Under the pieces are notes generated by a model that saw nothing but the letters and a program-made list of their open reading frames with translations, did not search any database and was not told the DNA's origin. Below, piece after piece: positions 1 to 8,033 of a stretch of DNA of 12,166 bases. Source of the DNA: Bacilli bacterium (GTDB lineage Bacteria; Bacillota_I; Bacilli_A; RFN20; CAG-826). Positions within the stretch are counted from its first letter, which is position 1, and each line of letters begins with the position of its first letter. The position numbers were made by a program, and so were the translations under genes. The DNA is taken from positions 1 through 12,166 of the forward strand of contig JAZLKX010000017.1 in assembly GCA_045597865.1 (NCBI GenBank), in the 5' to 3' direction.

Positions 1-59
1 AGACAAGACAAGACAAGACAAGACAAGACAAGACAAGACAAGACAAGACAAGACAAGAC
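1..59 (+). repeat. Terminal tandem pentamer array (AGACA)11 + AGAC
   Basis: Read directly from the sequence. Confidence 0.98.
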
Positions 60-141
60 CTATACCATATAGGGAAACTATACAGTATAGGCCAATAGAG
101 ATAGGATAAGATTATAGAGATCTATCATAGACTTGGACAAA
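1..141 (+). repeat. Left inverted terminal repeat (141 bp)
   Basis: 1..141 is the exact reverse complement of 12026..12166; identity breaks at 142/12025. Confidence 0.97.
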
Positions 142-1239
142 AGCATGTTCAAAGTCTGATCCTGTCAAATCATCTAAATATAATGTATGATTATTCATCA
201 TAGAACTACTTATTAGTTTTATTAGTTTTCTAGCTGGTGGTAAATCAGAAGTATAATTATAGTGTTTGAAATTAGGAATAGTAGGTTTATCAGTTAGAGT
301 AAAATACTCTAATCTCTTAGCTAATCTATCAGGACTTACATATAACCATATACCATCATTCTTCTCAACAGCGTAGCAATATAATCTATATTGTTCAGCT
401 TCTAATATAATTCCGATATTAGGTAATATATCATTATAAAAGTCATCTAAATTGAACTAAGGATATGCTCCTACTTGCCATTGTCCTTTTACGATCATAT
501 CTTGTCTTTGATTATTGAACGTAAAGAACGATCTAGACTCATTACTTTGATTTACGGGATTACAATATTCAATAGCTACACTATTTTCTACGCCATTCTC
601 GCCCATATAGCTATATCTTTGTATCTGTCCAATGTGTAAGTCGCGCACATTGATATTCATTTCAGCTAAGATTTGGTTATTGCGGTTTACGGTATTACCT
701 AACATATATACTACCATATTTTCTCTATTACGCTTTATAGTAGATATAAAGTTCAAGAATAACTCAAACTCGCCTTTTAGCTCAAATTGGTTTGGCCCAA
801 CTAAGAACTCTTCATAACAAATAGTGTCTACGTTTGGATAAGATACCGATTTATCATAGGTACTTTGGTTTAGCGCAAAGTAATATCCAATAGTGCCTAG
901 ATTTTCTTTTTTACTAGGACTATCTTCGTTGAAACCTAAGATCTGCCATTCACCTTTATAAGTCTTTATATAGAAATGATCATAACCAAATCTTTCATTT
1001 AGTCTTTCCTACATATAGCCGTTCAAATCATTCCAATAGTTGCCGACTCTCTTGGTTTCTATTTCTTCAGCTAAGCGACGAAGATAAGCAAATTGTTTTC
1101 CTGTTTCTAGCCAATGATCAAATGCCTATTTCTTATAAGCATAAGTTTTACCATTACCACGTCCACCAATAGCAATGCGGTAATTAGCTTTTGTTTCATT
1201 TAGCTAATCTAAACTATACCATTTTATTTCTTTACTCAT
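112..1239 (-). CDS. DNA packaging ATPase, phi29 gp16-like (375 aa with TAG read as sense)
   Basis: ATG at 1239 overlaps the upstream TGA (ATGA). Reads MSKEIKWYSLD*LNETKANYRIAIGGRGNGKT (Walker A), QFAYLRR, SYPNVDTICYEEF (Walker B), FISTIKRNRENMVVYMLGN. In-frame TAG at 1204-1206, 1126-1128, 1009-1011 and 457-459; ends at TAA 112-114. Confidence 0.93.
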
Positions 1240-1994
1240 TTCTTCCTCGTCGCACTCCAATCTACGCTCTTTCTGTGCTCAGCTTTTACCATAGCCTTTT
1301 GATATGGATCTAATCTATCATTATACATACCTTTTTCAATATTCTTTGCTATGCGGGTGTCGCCATTTGCTTCGTATAACGAGTCAAACTCTCCGCTTTG
1401 CTTCATTAGTCTCCAAGTCAAATCAAGTGGTTCATCTGTGCGGTAATTTTCATAAATCCAGTTTGCGATATCCGTAGTTGGTAAAGCACGCATAGAGCTA
1501 TTATTACAATAGGCTTCAATAATCTCTTCACTTGGAACACCACTACCACGTAGCTTGTTCAATAAAACTCGTAATTTGTCCATTTCGGCGCCGCTTAGCA
1601 TTTTTGGTTCATATCCACGTTCTTTCAAAGCTTTTGCCAAATTTTCATTACCTCGTTCTCGCATAGCTCTTAGTCCAGCTACAGAACTTTTAGCACTTCT
1701 AAGTGCTATTGCTAATTCTTTGACTCGTCTTCTAGCTTCGTTGATTTCGGCAGAGCCACTAGTATCAAACTCGCTAACTTCGCCAAATACACCGAAAATT
1801 TCATCGCTTACAGCGGTTTTGATAGCTACGCCTTGTAAATAAGATATACCAATCTCAGCTTCGTACTCTACATTCTACATTGCGGATTGAATTTCATATA
1901 GCTATTTATTCAATTGCTGACTATATTTATCAATATACTCATTCAATTCTTGTAAGCTAAGTTTATCAATCTCTTGTTCAGTTAGAATTTTCAA
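1236..1994 (-). CDS. 252-aa helical protein, candidate terminal (primer) protein
   Basis: AAAGGAG RBS then TTG at 1994. Open into ORF 1236..1664 except for TAG at 1902-1904 and 1875-1877; ends TGA. The terminal-protein call is inferred only from size and context. Confidence 0.55.
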
Positions 1995-2011
1995 TAATTC
2001 TCACTCCTTTT

Positions 2012-2143
2012 TTAGTAATTTTTATAATATTCATCAATGGCGTCCCGCACTATATCAGATACAGAACTACCAGTCAATGATACTAAATATTCTAATTCAG
2101 CTTCTATTTCTTCAGTTAGCCGAACAGTTATTTTTTTGTTCAT
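2012..2143 (-). CDS. Ribbon-helix-helix (CopG/Arc-like) DNA-binding protein, 43 aa
   Basis: AAGGAG RBS; MNKKITVRLTEEIEAELEYLVSLTGSSVSDIVRDAIDEYYKNY, with beta-ribbon ITVRL and SVSDIVRDAI helix; not in the ORF track. Confidence 0.82.
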   Translation of the reverse strand: MNKKITVRLTEEIEAELEYLVSLTGSSVSDIVRDAIDEYYKNY

Positions 2144-2489
2144 TACCTGTCTCCTTTCTTATTGGGTGATTGTGGTAATATTCTCTTATGTTGTCTAATA
2201 AAGACATCCACTCCAAATTGTCTACATTATTATTCTTTGGATTTTCATCTATATGATTTACTGTTTTCAAATTATTGGGATTTGGCAAAAATGCTTGCGC
2301 GACTAGTTGATGAACATAATAGTTCTTACGGTTTCCGTTTTTACACAACATAACACGCAAATATCTATCGCCATTTCTACTACCCGCACTCAAAAATTTA
2401 TTTCGTCTATAACTCCAAACTTGTCCACGAGTATTCACTGCGTATAAGCCTTCATAACCTTTTATGTCTTTCATTTCACAAATCATCAT
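2112..2489 (-). CDS. NUMOD4-HNH homing endonuclease-like protein
   Basis: N-terminal KDIKGYEGLYAVNTRGQVWS (NUMOD4); YVHQLVAQAFLPNP...VNHIDENPKNNNVDNLEW (HNH). Confidence 0.92.
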   Translation of the reverse strand: MMICEMKDIKGYEGLYAVNTRGQVWSYRRNKFLSAGSRNGDRYLRVMLCKNGNRKNYYVHQLVAQAFLPNPNNLKTVNHIDENPKNNNVDNLEWMSLLDNIREYYHNHPIRKETGNEQKNNCSAN

Positions 2490-2719
2490 TCTAGTACCCC
2501 CAATCCTTCATCTAAATCCATAAGATAGTCTTCAAAAACGTAAAGTGCGATTCTTAGTTTTTCTGTTCTATCAGCTAACCATTCTTTTGTAGGCTCATCC
2601 TGCTCTTGGAAATAATCCAAGCAAGTGTCATTGTAGCGTTCTTTTAGCCAATCGTGATACTTCTTTAGTTCTGAAGTATTGCTTTCCTCAAGTTGTTGAT
2701 AAAATAAATTAGTGTCCAT
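2486..2719 (-). CDS. Hypothetical acidic helical protein, 77 aa
   Basis: AAAGGAG RBS inside the polymerase 3' end; overlaps both neighbours; ends TGA. Confidence 0.75.
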   Translation of the reverse strand: MDTNLFYQQLEESNTSELKKYHDWLKERYNDTCLDYFQEQDEPTKEWLADRTEKLRIALYVFEDYLMDLDEGLGVLE

Positions 2720-4250
2720 TTTTTATATCTCCTTTTTGTATAATATAGGTTAGTAAATCTAACTCTCTTTCTAATTGGCCACCAATAGTAAATGGTATTC
2801 CAATTTTCTTTTTATCTTCTATTTTATATCGTCCCGAATATTTAGCCGGTATGACGATAGGTTGTGTATAATCAATATCGTTCATTTTTAGATATTGAGT
2901 AGCACGTTTGCTGTTTAGGCCTGAACATTTTACTATACCGTTTTGAATATATTGTTTACAGCCATAACCCACGAATGAGACTTCTTCTTCTTCAAGCTCC
3001 CATTTTCCAAGAGTTGGATGTAATTTAGCTCTTTCCGCATTTTCTGCTTCTATAATTGCGGTTAGGGGTTTGAGCGATTTGATACTATCTGTATCCCAAT
3101 ATATGGCGCGAGGGCCTGCTTTATAGAGCATCCGCATCAAATCATATCTTCCGTAGCTTGCTGTCCATAGCCCTATTACCCACGGCCGCATTTTATTATT
3201 TGCTTCTTCTAACGTTTTATTATAACGAAGCGGATCTTGCGTAAATAAACCAAAAATACTATTTAGTAAAATCTTTGCTTTTTTATAAGCTTCTGAACCT
3301 TTTGGTTCATTTTCTTTTATATCAAATTGTGTTTTGATTAGTTCTCGAAGTGGTTCCCACAATTTACCTTTGATAGCGTGATATCCAAAAGCAGGAAGTC
3401 TTTTTATTTTGAAATCATATCCCATTTTCAATATTTCATAATCTACTTTAGTTAGCACTGGATACCGTGTTGCTTCAATTTTCAAAAAGTCAATCCCGCA
3501 CTTAGGCTTCACATATTCAAATTCAAATTGCGCTACCCATAAATATTTGTTATAATATTCTAATAATTCAGGTTTTACATTAGTTTTTACAGTCATTTTA
3601 CTCATTGGGAAATCTTGCGTCATCATTTCATAAGGATAACTACTCTTGATATCGTAAGCCCAAACTTTCGTGGGTTCATAAGTCCAACCGGGACTTATAT
3701 CACATAAACCACCACGATACAACTTTGAATATAAATCATAGCTATATTGATCTAATTGTAATTTTTTATATTCGTTTTTGAGTTCTAATTGTTCTAACAT
3801 TTTGCGGATCCGGCCAGTTTGCGTTTTCGGTAATCTATACATATATTTATATTCTTCTAAACCTTGCCGCACGCCCTCAACTATAATGTCTACTGGTTGT
3901 GAATCTTCATCTAAGCCAAGCTCTAAAGCCCATTCACTCAAATCGGTATAGCCGCAATAGTCTGTTGCTGAGCGAAGCGTTATATTATCAAAACCAGTTT
4001 TCATTATTTTGTTTTCATCCATTGAATTTTCTACTTTACAATTGAAATCTACTACACCTTCCAATAGGTAATAAGTAAGCGACAAATCAGCCATAAACAC
4101 TATCATTTCTTTATTTGTTATATCTTTTAGCGTTTGCGCGAAAGCTTCAAAACCTATTCCAGCATAATAGTTTTCATTTTCTTTTATTGTCCAACTTTCG
4201 TCGTCTTTTAGTTCGGCGCCTATTGGAACATTATAATATTTAGCTGGCAT
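2709..4250 (-). CDS. Family B DNA polymerase, protein-primed type, with apparently degenerate exonuclease domain
   Basis: YRGG, YDIKSSYP (motif A), KILLNSIFG (motif B), YWDTDS (motif C), LGKWELE, KQY. Confidence 0.93.
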   Translation of the reverse strand: MPAKYYNVPIGAELKDDESWTIKENENYYAGIGFEAFAQTLKDITNKEMIVFMADLSLTYYLLEGVVDFNCKVENSMDENKIMKTGFDNITLRSATDYCGYTDLSEWALELGLDEDSQPVDIIVEGVRQGLEEYKYMYRLPKTQTGRIRKMLEQLELKNEYKKLQLDQYSYDLYSKLYRGGLCDISPGWTYEPTKVWAYDIKSSYPYEMMTQDFPMSKMTVKTNVKPELLEYYNKYLWVAQFEFEYVKPKCGIDFLKIEATRYPVLTKVDYEILKMGYDFKIKRLPAFGYHAIKGKLWEPLRELIKTQFDIKENEPKGSEAYKKAKILLNSIFGLFTQDPLRYNKTLEEANNKMRPWVIGLWTASYGRYDLMRMLYKAGPRAIYWDTDSIKSLKPLTAIIEAENAERAKLHPTLGKWELEEEEVSFVGYGCKQYIQNGIVKCSGLNSKRATQYLKMNDIDYTQPIVIPAKYSGRYKIEDKKKIGIPFTIGGQLERELDLLTYIIQKGDIKNGH

Positions 4251-4253
4251 TCT

Positions 4254-4337
4254 TTAGTCCTCGATATATTTTTTAGCGATAATAGCCATAGGAATTGTGG
4301 CTAAGGCAACCCCTATAAAATAATAAATAGCAAACAT
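4254..4337 (-). CDS. Small single-pass membrane peptide, 27 aa
   Basis: AAAGGTG upstream; MFAIYYFIGVALATIPMAIIAKKYIED then TAA; fills the intergenic gap. Confidence 0.6.
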   Translation of the reverse strand: MFAIYYFIGVALATIPMAIIAKKYIED

Positions 4338-4356
4338 TTCACATTTCACCTTTCTT

Positions 4357-4557
4357 TTATAATACTCGATAGTGATAACAACCATCATATTTTTCGGTTC
4401 TCTCAACTAAACCACGTTTTACCATAGCCGTCATAGTGGCTCCGGTAATCTTTTGTCCCGTCATTTCACTAAAGTCGCTAACACACCAATAGCGGTTGTT
4501 CATTAGTCTTTGCGGGATAGCGTTTTTGATTTCTTTGTGTAATTTGTTGTAATTCAT
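4357..4557 (-). CDS. Small winged-helix-like DNA-binding protein, 66 aa
   Basis: AAAGGA RBS; CVSDFSEMTG...TMTAMVKRGLVERT...HYRV resembles a wHTH. Confidence 0.6.
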   Translation of the reverse strand: MNYNKLHKEIKNAIPQRLMNNRYWCVSDFSEMTGQKITGATMTAMVKRGLVERTEKYDGCYHYRVL

Positions 4558-4579
4558 AATTATTTCCTTTCAAAATTAT

Positions 4580-4666
4580 TTATTTATTTATAAGCCAATC
4601 AACTAAAAGCGCTCCGGTGATAGCTCCAATTGTTGCGGAAGTCCAACCTAAGAAAAACATTAGCAT
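4580..4666 (-). CDS. Small hydrophobic membrane peptide, 28 aa
   Basis: AAAGGAG RBS; MLMFFLGWTSATIGAITGALLVDWLINK then TAA. Confidence 0.65.
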   Translation of the reverse strand: MLMFFLGWTSATIGAITGALLVDWLINK

Positions 4667-4842
4667 TTTGTATCTCTCCTTTTTTCAATTATTTTCAACA
4701 AAGGTAATTCTTCGAGCAAATCCCATATGTCATTGTCTAACATTGGCCTTTCTTCTTCTCGTCCTTCTGCATGTAAATAATAATCCATGCCTTCTGGCGA
4801 TAAGTAATCCATATCGTCGTCTACTGTAATTTTCTTTTTCAT
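4660..4842 (-). CDS. Hypothetical acidic protein, 60 aa
   Basis: AAAGGAG RBS before ATG 4842 (MKKKITVDDDMDY...); the track start at 4920 has no RBS. Confidence 0.7.
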   Translation of the reverse strand: MKKKITVDDDMDYLSPEGMDYYLHAEGREEERPMLDNDIWDLLEELPLLKIIEKRRDTKC

Positions 4843-4911
4843 AGCATTTTCTCCTTTTGGTTTTTTTGAAATTTGTAAGACATATATCTTTTCAAAAATA
4901 TATGTATAGCG

Positions 4912-5080
4912 GCTACCCACTAGGGGTAGCTCACCAATAGGAAGGAAATATAAAATTTGGTATGTAGGTGGGAGTCATCGCAAAATCAGCCCGGGTTGAA
5001 AGGCTTCCTTGTTTCGCTCGTCCCTAATTCGCTCCCGACGAATTTTATTCAGTGAAGGGTTTGAGGCCTTATTCACTTTC
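4912..5080 (-). ncRNA. Candidate structured RNA or long leader (possible pRNA equivalent)
   Basis: Starts just downstream of a promoter; non-coding; hairpins at 5051-5077, 5026-5044, 4988-5005 and 4912-4930. Confidence 0.35.
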
Positions 5081-5087
5081 TATATAT

Positions 5088-5116
5088 ATTATACAATATT
5101 TTTTTATAAAAATCAA
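5088..5116 (-). promoter_or_regulatory. SigmaA/sigma70-type promoter for the early/replication block
   Basis: TTGATT (5116-5111), 17-nt spacer, TATAAT (5093-5088). Confidence 0.75.
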
Positions 5117-5127
5117 ATAAAGGAGTC

Positions 5128-5156
5128 GTGAGGCCGGGTTCAACGGCCGGCCCCAC
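5128..5156 (-). terminator. GC-rich stem-loop, possible terminator or RNA element downstream of the structural operon
   Basis: GTGGGGCCGG-loop-CCGGCCTCAC, 10-bp stem with one G-U; the U-tract is offset and weak (GACTCCTTTATTT). Confidence 0.4.
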
Positions 5157-5279
5157 TATTAAGGAAGGAGTTTTATAATGACTTGTGAGGTTTTCCTTAC
5201 CTCACCATATATATATGAAAATACTGGAACTCAAATTTACTAGTTTTACCCAAAATTTTATAGAAATTTTTAGCAAATT

Positions 5280-6770
5280 TTAGTCGAGTATAAAAATACC
5301 AGAAGAGTTCAAAGTATCATCAACAGGACGTGTTCCTACAGACATACAACCCGTTGGGGATTTCAAACGAGCATTTGCGGTTTGAACATATCCACGCAAA
5401 GTAGATAGATTTCGCATATGATAATCTGGCTTACCGTACATAGCTTGAAAGTTATCTAAGTCTACTGGCTCATTCCAGACAAATTTAGCGCCACCTGTGT
5501 AGCCCGAATTGAAATCTGGATGGCCACCGGCAGAACCAGTCATAGAAGTTCCACCAATTTCAGATGTTTCTACCAATTGAGCAATTTGAGCTGCTGATTG
5601 GATCGCTCCGAAAGTAGCTGAAGCAGGTTTAGCGGATACCGTGGCAAGTTGCGCAACCATACCTATACCTTGAGAGGCATATTGTGCCCAAGAAACATAT
5701 GTGCTATCATAACCAAATGGGAACGTATTCGGCAAAGAAGCCAAAACAGTTATATCTTCTCGTGGGTTGCCATTTACCATAAGTATATACTTTACGGTTT
5801 GTCCAGTATAACTTACCGAAGGTAAATATCCTATACTCGTAATTTTATCTACATTTAGTTGACTTAGATTGCCTTCTATTTTAGCACCATTACGAATATT
5901 TAGGGTAAATGTTCCCTTTTTTCTATAACCATAAAGCTCAATACCACCCGAAGGAATATCGTAATAAACAGGATCGCAATAAGAATCGCTTACTGGAGCT
6001 GATGTGGGGACATTGCCCCAATATTCATAAGCTACATCGCCTTGTGGTAAATCTATACTCCACAAATCCGCACCCGATGATTCATATCTATATAAAGTAA
6101 TAGTATTTGTAGCTCTAATATCTTTTTTATTTATCAAATCAGCGGTTATCATTCCACAACCTAGGATACACTAACCAAATTCTTTTGAATGTTCTTCATC
6201 TGTTTCAAAATTTTCTGTAAAATCATACCACGCTTTTAGCGTAAAAATATAAGTAGCAACGCCATCTGGGGCGGCTAATCTTTGTGGATGTCCAGGATTA
6301 TAAACGGGATAAGAACATACATTAGCATATACAAAAATATAATCTCCGTTAGCATTATCGGGATATCTTTTAGGAGTTATCATATATTCAGAAGTAGCAG
6401 ATACTCTATCAAGATACTTAGCTCTATCATCAAATAAATAATCACTTCCAAGAGAAGAGTAGTTTACCATAGCCGTGTCATTGAAACAGCCATCGATCCA
6501 AGCCATTTCTAATATATCTTCTGTAATATAATATGTGTAAAGCCCATTCGCATTAGTAGAAGCCATAGTCCAACCACAATAAGTTAGATTATACTTCTCA
6601 TCTCTATAAACGCAATAATTACTCGGCCATTTTTCCGATAAAACGAAACTGGCGGAGCCAAAGTAGAAGTCGCCATAAACTTCGGCTTCTACTTCGACTA
6701 CTTTTGTTGAGTGATTTATTTTGTTTACGTCATTCTTGCGGCAAGGGCATTGATATAACGTAATTTTCAT
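5280..6770 (-). CDS. Tail protein (possibly phi29 gp9 tail-knob-like), 496 aa with TAG read as sense
   Basis: ORFs 6171..6770 and 5280..6152 are in one frame, separated only by TAG 6171-6173 (KEFG*CILGCGMIT). N-terminal MKITLYQCP and C-terminal MYGKP...GYVQTANA...LNSSGIFI resemble phi29-like tail proteins. Confidence 0.75.
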
Positions 6771-6775
6771 TTAGC

Positions 6776-7801
6776 TTATCCTCCAACAATAATCTGAGAT
6801 GTGAATCTAGGTTTATCTACCCAAAGAGTTAGTTCACTTGGAGTTGTATAGCCTAGTTCTTCACGAATAGCCTCGCCCGCAAATATAGTACTAAATATAG
6901 GAGTGATATTCTTGGTTGGGGCAGTAATTGTTAGAGATTGTAAAGCCAAACGGCTATTATATGAGTAATAAAGTGTATCATAAGCACCAGATACAGTATG
7001 CGCAGTTCTAATAATACATAAACTATTATATAAAACGCTTACGGCACGTCCAGTAGAATGAGCAACTTCAATATTTTGTGTTAGGCTATTGAACTTAGCT
7101 TGTGCGCCATTATTCAACTGAACCATACAATTTGTCTTAGTAATAGTTTCACCTTGATAATCAGTAGAATTCAAAACTAAGTAAGGACTTGTGCCGCCGC
7201 ACTTCCAATTTACATAGCTTGTATAGATGCTACAACCTTCAATAGTAATAGAACCACCTTGAACAGTATTATCAAAAGTACAGTTCTCAAAGTGTAAACG
7301 GCTATTATAAAACGTTAGTGTTTTAGTGCCTGTTTCTCTTACTACTGGTTGTAGTATATAAGCCTCAGGTGCGGGAGTGAAGCCAGTTTCCTTTTCGCCA
7401 TAAATGTGAAGTGTAATTCCACTAAATAAATATTTTACATAGTTGAAAGGATAAGTTCCAGGAGTAGTGAGTATAATAAACAAAGAGTTAGCTTCTTTAT
7501 TTAGAGTTTCAAGTGCCTTATCAACATTGCGGAAAGGCGTATTTTCTGTAAGGCCATCGTTTGTGTCATCACCGTTTAGGCAATCGACATAACGACGTGT
7601 ATAAGTGGAATCAATCCAATGATCATATTCAATGGCATCAATTCGTTCACCTAACGCCGCGATAGCTTCATCTTGCTCATCATTTTTCTCGTCAATACGA
7701 GCAACATCTTCTTGAAGTTCTTCAATAGCTTCTACTATTGGATCGCCATCAAGTTCTATATCTCTGTAGTAATGACTTCTATCAAATTCAGCAGGATTCA
7801 T
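6776..7801 (-). CDS. Tail spike / receptor-binding appendage with beta-helix, 341 aa
   Basis: GGAGG RBS before ATG 7801; N-terminal coiled coil; YVDCLNGDDTNDGLTENTPFRNVDKAL cap motif typical of pectate-lyase-like beta-helices. Confidence 0.75.
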   Translation of the reverse strand: MNPAEFDRSHYYRDIELDGDPIVEAIEELQEDVARIDEKNDEQDEAIAALGERIDAIEYDHWIDSTYTRRYVDCLNGDDTNDGLTENTPFRNVDKALETLNKEANSLFIILTTPGTYPFNYVKYLFSGITLHIYGEKETGFTPAPEAYILQPVVRETGTKTLTFYNSRLHFENCTFDNTVQGGSITIEGCSIYTSYVNWKCGGTSPYLVLNSTDYQGETITKTNCMVQLNNGAQAKFNSLTQNIEVAHSTGRAVSVLYNSLCIIRTAHTVSGAYDTLYYSYNSRLALQSLTITAPTKNITPIFSTIFAGEAIREELGYTTPSELTLWVDKPRFTSQIIVGG

Positions 7802-8021
7802 TATTGTCTGCCTCCATTTCAAGTTTTATTTCAATGCTCTCTAAACGAGCGTTAGTTTCTTTTTGATCGGCTTTTACGCCACATATTTCTTCTTTTACAC
7901 TAGTGATCAAGTCTTTTAGTTCGCTAATGATTTTTGAGTTGAACCACATAAAGTAAGCTAGGCAACCAATTGCGGCGCCATTATTTACCAATAGTGAAAC
8001 AATTGCTTCTATTGTTATCAT
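7788..8021 (-). CDS. Holin-like protein (one N-terminal TM helix plus coiled coil; BhlA/YvrJ-like)
   Basis: AAAGGAG RBS is best spaced to ATG 8021 (alternative ATG 8027); IVSLLVNNGAAIGCLAYFMWF followed by a charged coiled coil. Confidence 0.65.
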   Translation of the reverse strand: MITIEAIVSLLVNNGAAIGCLAYFMWFNSKIISELKDLITSVKEEICGVKADQKETNARLESIEIKLEMEADNNESC

Positions 8022-8033
8022 TGTCATTCTCCT

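Noticed and set aside
1-59. CRISPR array or host microsatellite
   Set aside because: No spacers; the array is part of an exact inverted terminal repeat
112-1239. Reading the TAG-interrupted genes as pseudogenes
   Set aside because: Every interruption is TAG, with no frameshifts or other stops; motifs, RBSs and gene coupling are intact
2112-2143. Programmed frameshift fusing HNH to RHH at the A7 run
   Set aside because: It would need a +1 shift, and the RHH gene has its own well-spaced RBS and ATG
4843-4920. Longer track starts for 4660..4920 (likewise 7822 and 11753)
   Set aside because: Downstream ATGs at 4842, 7801 and 11729 have clear RBSs and fit the gene packing better
4912-4930. Plus-strand hairpin GCTACC-CACTAGG-GGTAGC with CTA centred in the loop, resembling an amber-suppressor anticodon arm
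   Set aside because: No U33, and the flanks lack D-arm, T-arm and acceptor stem; more likely an ordinary hairpin of the minus-strand transcript
4967-5036. Minus-strand GGGAG...CTCCCACC segment of about 70 nt resembling a tRNA acceptor stem
   Set aside because: Only 5 bp of stem, no correctly placed T-arm and no CTA anticodon loop
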